Shown piece after piece: positions 22,334-29,963 of a DNA stretch of 29,963 nt. The DNA lies in assembly GCF_006345805.1 (NCBI RefSeq), contig NW_021832681.1, positions 1 through 29,963 on the forward strand. The letters are read 5' to 3'. The first letter of the stretch is position 1; every line of letters starts with the position of its first letter. The position numbers and the translations under genes were made by a program. The stretch comes from Octopus sinensis. Taxonomy: Eukaryota. Under the pieces are notes generated by a model. The model had not been told where the DNA came from and made no database searches. It was given only the letters and a program-made list of their open reading frames with translations.

Positions 22334-23544
22334 TACTAAAGGATACCTTACTGCCCTAGGATTAAAGCATTCATTGTATAATATGAAAGTCCATATAATA
22401 TATTTGAAAAAAGAAGATGAGATGTGAATGGCGAGTGTCTGAGCAAAGATGAGTTCAGTGTGCCCTGATCTACCGATCAACGATAAAGCAATAAACCTCT
22501 GCCACACTTTTTCCTTTATTCTAAAACATACTTAACTGTGTAAAATTGGCTCGTTTCAAACATCTGTTCGACCCTTCCTTGTTGTATAGTGCAATCTTGC
22601 ACAAAATGGACAAATATTTAATGGAAATGAGTCATGTAACGAAATATGGTGGATGTATACTTTGGGTCTTCTGTATATATATATGTATATATGTATGTAT
22701 TCATGTGTTGCGCATGTGTCTATGTACATGTGTGTGTATGTGTGTGTATACGTGTGTGTGTGTGTGTGTGTATGTGTGTGTGTGCGTGTGTGTGTGTGTG
22801 TGATTGCATATATATATATATATAAATTCTGTACGACTCTTTTACTCTTTCTTTTAGCCCCCTTCACACTTTCTTGAGGTTCTTCCCTCTCTTCATTTTC
22901 TCGCCCAACCTCACTCACATTTTGTGGCCTTCTCTTCATTCTCATCACTATCCCTTCTCCTTTACGTTACTCTGTTCCTTTCCTTTCTTTTTCTCTCTTT
23001 CTCGTCCCTCTTTAATACTTCAATCCCTCTGCCCCTCCCTCTCTTCACTCTTTTCACGTGACCGGTGTTCCGCCAAGTCTGACCTTTAATTCTTGGTTTG
23101 ACTACCATCCGTGTAGTATCTCTTATATTCCTTTCCATGACCTTTATCTCTTATATTCCTACCGTAAGGTTTCACCTCCAAACACGCCAGCTTAATTTAA
23201 TTCGTCCTTAGTCGAAAGACACCTGTTGTTAATGTCTTGTTGTTTGTATTTGTAATTTTGTACTATTTCTCCGTTTTTTTCGTTGGTGTTTTTGTATACA
23301 TTCGCTTGCTTTCTTCCAAACAATCTAGTGCTTTTAGCTTAGATTTTCTTGGGGCCGGCCTGATTAGAGCAGTCTTGAGTGTGACCGGCCGAAACTGCAA
23401 CGACGATCTGGTACTCCACTGAAGATAGAAAGCTCCGAATGACCTTTCCTTGTTTTTTTTCATGTTCTTCTTTGTATCGTCTAATTGTCCAGATGTTTTG
23501 TGTTACCTGTTACGTTCTTGTTCCATTTTTGTTCAGTTTAATAC

Positions 23545-23555
23545 ATACATACATA

Positions 23556-23600
<45 letters not shown>

Positions 23601-23606
23601 ATATAT

Positions 23607-23638
<32 letters not shown>

Positions 23639-23770
23639 AGAGAGAGAAGACAGACAGACAGCAAGAAAGAAAGAAATAAATAAAGAAGGAATAAAAAAAT
23701 AAAGAAAAAAAGAAAGAAAAAAAGAAAGAAAGAAAGAAAGAAAGAAAGAGACAGACAGACAGACAGACGA
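23545..23770. repeat. Compound (TA)n/(GA)n/(AAAG)n/(ACAG)n microsatellite
   Basis: Visible runs. Confidence 0.9.
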
Positions 23771-24049
23771 TAATGCTAGCTGAAAAAGATGGGAGTGTAA
23801 ACTTATATACTGTCGAAAATTTGAACTGGTGAATTTAAAGTGGAACTGCACTGAAAGTTAACTAATAAATCATAGATTGTTAATTAAATCTTTTTGCTTA
23901 TATTAGCATAAAGTGAGAACTTTGCTTATTATTTGTCGGTCCATGTGTTGGGGAAAGATGCTTATTAGCTATGTCAACGGAAAATGGCAAAATGATAAAA
24001 TCCTTTAGATATTTAACTGTCATTTCATTCAGGTGCATTTCAAATATCA

Positions 24050-24261
24050 ATTTCAAATTTTGGCACAAGGCCAGCAATTTTGAGTGGGGTGCAAGTCGAT
24101 TACATTAACCCCATTGCTGAATTGCTTCTTATTTTATCGATCCCGGAAGGGTGAATGGCAAAGTTGACCACGGTGGAACTTAAACTCAGAACCTAAAGAC
24201 GGACGAAATACCGCTGAGCATTTTGCCTGGAGTGCTAACATTTCTGCCAGCTCACCGCCTT
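24050..24261 (-). mobile_element. SINE family C, diverged copy
   Basis: Aligns to 17903-18115 (GGCACAAGGCC...TTTCTGCCAGCT...CCGCCTT on the plus strand). Confidence 0.8.
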
Positions 24262-25385
24262 AGGTAAAAGTTTTCTTGTTATTTTGGGTGCCACAGTTCA
24301 TTTTCAATGCCTCTAGTAGCCTTCATGTCATGAATACATGTCATGAATACATGTCAGTCCTTTTTGAAGAGATAAACCTGTTTTCCATTCAATGTCAAAA
24401 AATCTGGCAGTAAAACATGATCTGGGAAGATATTGTGCAAATGAAATAATTTACAGTATTATTTATCTTTAGATTAATTCCAGATAGACAGCTTGTTGTA
24501 TCATTGAGTGTTTTCGCCCGCAAAATAAGGCTGTTGTTGACTGATTTAACTCCTTATCTGCTTAAATTCTAAAAACTAATGACGAAATATGTTCCACGGT
24601 TACATCATTCCGTACATAACAATCTATAATATATTTTAATTAAAAAAAAATAATATAAGATATTTTTTTCTAGATAGGGAACTACGACACGCAATCTGTT
24701 CTTCACTTCTTAATACAATACGATGTGATACGAGGGACATTTCACTGCTATTTTCAGCAGACTATGCAGAAGTTCACGATTCGTATTCTCTTCTCTGAGA
24801 AATTGATCCACGCCGGAGCTAAACAACATCTATTATGAGGCCCGTAGGATACCTGGGAACATTTACACGTCTGTATATTTAAACATGTAGAACAGTATCT
24901 GATAGATAAATAAACACTATTTAACAAACAAAAACATGCTACTTCTATGTAAACCGATATCTGATAAGCTTGAGGAAAGCTAGTCAATACATTTTATTTA
25001 CCAAGACATTTAGCATTAACATACACACGGTACTCTTTCCTGTGTAAATCGCCTTTCAAAAGGAGATTGTGAAATTCATACATTGACTCGCTGTACGAAT
25101 CCTTTCATCTCCAATTCGATAGTCATTAAGTAAATATATAGAAAGACTGAGTAAGCGCTACTGTCTACGTTTATCTAAGTAATTTATCTCATATCTCCTG
25201 CAAATCCTAATCCATTGCCACATTAAAGCATTTTAACTTTCACCTCGCTTGATCTACGACGACATAATTCATTTTCTCCTGTCCGTTGACAAGAACTTCG
25301 ATTGCATTTACACGCATTCTTAAACAAACATCCACGCATACACACAAACTTTTCTGTCTTTCTTTCCTCTCCTCTTTCTCTTCCT

Positions 25386-25387
<2 letters not shown>

Positions 25388-25450
<63 letters not shown>

Positions 25451-25575
25451 TATACATATATATATACATATATATACACACCTATATATATATATATATA
25501 TATATAATATACACACCTATATATATATATAATATATATATACCTATATATATATATATATACACCTATATATAT

Positions 25576-25625
<50 letters not shown>

Positions 25626-25690
25626 CCTATATATATTATATACACCTATATATATATATATTTAATATATATATACAACCTATATATATA
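25388..25690. repeat. (TA)n tract punctuated by recurring (AC)ACCT nodes
   Basis: About eight ACCT-containing interruptions inside (TA)n. Confidence 0.85.
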
Positions 25691-27079
25691 TACGTTTACA
25701 TTTATATGTGTAGGTGTTCATACGTATGTTTGTATGTATATCATATACATATGATACATACATATAGAATAATACATATATGTATGTATATATCTATACA
25801 CAGGTATACATACATATACAATATTGAACTATGAATTTTCATATGTGTGTATGTGTGTGTGCGTGTGTGTGAGTGTGTGTGTGTGTCACATCGAAGGGGA
25901 GAATTGTAAATTTAGATGAGTAGTGTGTGTGTGTGTGTGTGCGCATGTTTTGTGTTCATGTCTATCTCTGATTTCTCTCTCATTGTGTCTGATTTGCTTT
26001 TTCCCACTTTGTCTTCTTTCTCTCTCTTTGTCCCCCACTATTTACATGTGTGTGTGTGTTTCTATGTGTATGTGCGTGTGTGTGTGTGTGTGTGAGTAGA
26101 ATATAATTGTCTGTGTATGTGTCCAAAGCTGCTCCTCTCACACCTATCACACATACACATACATAAACATCGTTCCCGCAATTTTCTCTCCTCTATTCCA
26201 TGTCGTCCTATTCTCATCTATCTTCATTAAATGCTTCATATTAACTCTTGTTATCTTTTTCAACGTATTATCGCTATTTCCACATTTCAACACTTAACAG
26301 TATGATTTCTCTATACTTTCGTTAAGTCTCGTCATACGATGTGTTATTAGATAAATAAGTGAATTGATGGATGAAATCTTTCTACCGATAGCAACAATCA
26401 CCTGTGGATTCTCATCATATGAGTTCAATTTGCTAAATAATTCAAAGTGTTGTCAAACGAAGCGTAGCTTATTTTCGTACATGTTCACAATTATCTCTCC
26501 GTAGAAATACTGTTTCGAAAGATCTCTACAGATCTTGGAGTCTGGTGCTGATTTGTTTGTATAAATTCATGCGTCGCAGTTTCATGTTCATAAACACATA
26601 CACAAGCACACACACACGCACACACACAAATTCATACGTACATACATACACACATAAGTTTGTGTAAATAAATGAGTGGAAAATTACCCAATACATGCAG
26701 TAGAATTTACCCACAGAAGCCAATTTGCCTTTCTTCTTTCGAGGTCGTTTCAGATATACTATCACTCGAGAACCAGAGTCTATGAGATAGCTCAATCATT
26801 ATCCACCCAATATTATGCACAAATTAGGAACAATTATTTCGATTAAAATTATTTATTTCACGTGCGCGCAGGCGTGTTTTAATGAAGTAGAAATATTGCA
26901 CGAATATAGATAGAATAGACTTTTCTCGCAAATCATTTTAGTAAAAAACTCATTGAACCTGAAATAAATTCATGTTTAGAACAATAATATAATGAAATAC
27001 AAGTATAACTAAAACAAGAACGTACTATGAAATATATTCATGTCATATTCAACATACATCTACAGATGCAACGTTTGGG

Positions 27080-27577
27080 TTCATCTCCATTGCTGTATCC
27101 TGGAGTCACTACGTCTCTATGTTCAAGGCAGCCAGTGACTTTTGATATGCCTTCCTTCTATACCGATTTGTTGATTTAGAAATTGTTTAGTAGAAAGAAG
27201 GATGAGTCTTTTGGACTTCCTTTACATGGTGAGCATGGTGAAATTGCGAAATTGGTCGATATTCTCAGCTCTCTTTCCTTTGGCTGTGTATACCGCTTCA
27301 GCATATTTCCATGATTGAGTAACCTTCGTTCTTTTCTAGATCACCCTCAGAACATTCTAAAACCAATGGAGTAGTTTCAGATGGTTCTTGTAGACCTTGT
27401 ATGGGACTCCACAAGGGCTACAAGCAAGGCTCCTTCATGTTGAAGTCCACTGTTGATTCTGGTGATGTTGTAAGTGCCATGCATAAGTCCAGTAGCTGAT
27501 AACCTCGCATTGTCGCTGTAAACACATGTGTGATGCAGGCATCAACAGAGAGCAGGAAGAAACCTTTAGGGAAATTT
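27080..27577 (-). mobile_element. Decayed RT of an RLE-type (R2-group) LINE, HERO-like
   Basis: STVDFNMKEP, CSPCGVPYKVYKNHLKLLHWF*NVLRVI*KRTKVTQSWKYAEAVYTAKGKRAENIDQFR and INKSV*KEGISKVTGCLEH. These resemble the PGP.G.PYKVYKNCP..., IDQFRTISL and QKGG....GCLEH motifs of HERO-type RTs (from recall). Confidence 0.7.
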
Positions 27578-27588
27578 GCTGCTTATAT

Positions 27589-27936
27589 GGATGGAAGCAC
27601 TCCGTCGGTTACGACGATGAGGGTTCCGGTTGATCCGATCAATGGAACAGCCTGCTCGTGAAATTAACGTGTAAGTGGCTGAGCACTCCACAGACACGTG
27701 TACCCTTAACGTAGTTCTCGGGGATATTCAGCGTGACACAGAGAGTGACAAGGCAGGCCCTTTGAAATACAGGTACAACAGAAACAGGAAGTAAGAGTGA
27801 GATCACCACCATCCCTGCCGGAGCCTCGTGGAGCTTTAGGTGTTTTCGCTCAATAAACACTCACAACGCCCGGTCTGGGAATCGAAATCGCGATCCTACG
27901 ACCGCTGCCCTAACCACTGGGCCATTGCGCCTCCAC
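27589..27936 (-). mobile_element. SINE family B, copy 2, with TSD and internal deletions
   Basis: Aligns to 13501-13889. Exact 11-bp TSD GCTGCTTATAT at 27578-27588 and 27937-27947. Confidence 0.92.
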
Positions 27937-28669
27937 GCTGCTTATATACAAACAGGTGAAACACAATAATTGACCTATATTGAGGATTCCGCCGGTACTT
28001 TTGCTAGTAATGAAACAACTTCAGAAAAGAAGAGGTAATATATAAAGTTAGAATTATTTTAAAAATCAACTAAAGGAAATATTGTAGTCGATACAGAAAT
28101 ATTTATCTCGCTAAAACAACATTCATATTTGTTTCCCACAAAGCATCATAACGAAGAGGCGTGGTCAATTTTGTTTCTACTCCCACTGTCATTCTTCTGC
28201 GATCAGCTTAAAAAATGCTTATTTAAGGAACTGTTAAATGTTGGTGGGTCGCGGGGAGCGATGTAACTGATCACATCCCAGTTCTAAAGTGTTTGTGTTG
28301 TACTTCTGTTAGAAATCAATATTGGGACATAGGTTGTAAATGAGGATTTTCCAATGGAAAATCGTTCTACAACATCAAAGAAAAATAAATATTATTCGTT
28401 TTTGTTGTTTAGAAGTAGGATGTTTCTAACTGAGCAAACCTATTATCAGAACTTTCTAAAATTGACTAATTCGTCTGATTTCCAGGAATTGAAAACTACG
28501 TAATACATTGCAATGAGTATTCTTTCTTTTTAAAGACTTTATTACATAATCTGAGAAAGCTTTGATATTATTTCTAATTCAGAGATCAACCACATTCTGC
28601 TACATCTGACTCAACATAATATTCATGTAGACACTATACGTTGTAACATCTATAATTGCGAACCAAAAT

Positions 28670-28815
28670 GGAAGACTCTCGATGGCAGGTCAACCTGTCA
28701 GAATTCATGGACAATCTGAAATGGTGTACCTTGCTCAAGGACACAACGTACCGCGCAGCTGAATAATCGAACCTATGATCATGAACCCAACACCCAACCA
28801 CAAGGCCACGCGCCA
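28670..28815 (-). mobile_element. tRNA-derived SINE head and core, family D, diverged
   Basis: The minus strand reads GGCGCGTGGCCTTGTGGTT (A box), GGTTCGATT (B box), then GTTGTGTCCTTGAGCAAGG, a CORE/V-like central motif. Confidence 0.65.
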
Positions 28816-29313
28816 TCACACACACACTCATAACATCAACAACAACAGCAACTGTAATTTGACCATATGCACCAACCTCAGATAAAACAGTGGAAATCCT
28901 TCGAATAGATATGTGAAATTACTTTTGGAATACACTATGTAGATTTATTTCATGTGTATACAAATACACCTACATGTACGTTTATGCGTGTATGAGTGTA
29001 AGTGCATGTCTGAATCTGTTCCTGCGCATGCTTTGAAATTTCAGCAATGTTATTTGGTACTGAAGAAAAACCGACCAGAATAATTATATTTGGTATTCAA
29101 ATCCAAACTTGTGGTAAAGGTTTACATTTCGTAATTGTCGGCAAGGCCAAATGCTGGCTGTCGATATACTTCTACCTGTTTAAAATATCGAATTATACGC
29201 CAAGATGCTTTGTGTAACAGAACGTGTACATATAGACAGAAACACACAACGGAATCAAAATGTGTGCGAGTGTGTGTATACGTATCGTTACATACGTTCG
29301 TGTGTGTATGTAT

Positions 29314-29346
<33 letters not shown>

Positions 29347-29659
29347 AATAAGATATGTGCGTATGTGTGCGTGTATATATATATATATACGCTAAAAGCA
29401 CTAAAACATACGGCCATATATACACTCGTTTATACAAACATAATTGTGCCTACATTTACATACGTAAAGGCGTATACAAATACGTATTTACGTATGTGTA
29501 TTTATTTGTGTGTGGGTGTGTGTGTGTGTGTGTATGTGTGTGTGTATTGAAGCATTATGAGAGTATGTGCACATAGATAAATGCATGCTTGCATTTGTAT
29601 TAAGTTTGTGAGGTACATCTGCATAGATATCTAAGTATATATCACGCGCACACACACAT

Positions 29660-29750
29660 ACATAATACATAATACATACATACATACATACATACATACA
29701 TACATACATACATACATACGTGCATGCATACATACATACATACATACATA
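29660..29750. repeat. (TACA)n microsatellite
   Basis: Visible run. Confidence 0.9.
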
Positions 29751-29963
29751 CAGGTCGATCAAGTCATCTAAGTAATAGATGTACACAGTATATCAACGAC
29801 GAAGACCATCATTCCAAGCGTTATATCTGATAGATAAAACCTAACACTTTGAAACAAATGTTATGGCAGCATGCAAGCAGTTGATTGAAATAGGCACATG
29901 TGTCATTCAACGTTTTCGTCCTCCTATTAAAATGTCTTCTCTCTGCTGACAAATCTAAATTAC

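Noticed and set aside
24670-24840. Acceptor-like TTTTTTTCTAG followed by 40-55 open codons
   Set aside because: No donor site or recognisable protein motif.

Overview
Eukaryotic, AT-rich, microsatellite-saturated DNA made almost entirely of transposon debris. The SINE families look like octopus (cephalopod) repeats; this is from recall, not database-verified. I found no supportable host gene exon, rRNA, true tRNA or CRISPR array, and most ORF-track entries are simple-repeat artefacts. Supported elements: (1) the 3' end of a Penelope-like element (GIY-YIG C-terminus) followed by a tRNA-derived Pol III head and a minimal hammerhead ribozyme motif (3-400); (2) a decayed DD41D-like Tc1/mariner transposase (472-1472, minus); (3) a non-autonomous hAT element with TIRs and an 8-bp TSD, split by a SINE (3155-3819); (4) a young-looking, 5'-truncated Tx1/L1 LINE embedded in a (GATA)n microsatellite on both sides (4777-7143, minus); (5) old relics of CR1-type, Tc1, I/Jockey-group and HERO-like elements; (6) two non-autonomous Helitrons sharing a ~200-bp 5' module but with different 3' halves; (7) about ten tRNA-derived SINE copies from four families, several with exact TSDs. 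The most interesting signals are the Penelope/tRNA-head/hammerhead module, the (GATA)n-embedded Tx1 and the chimeric Helitron pair.
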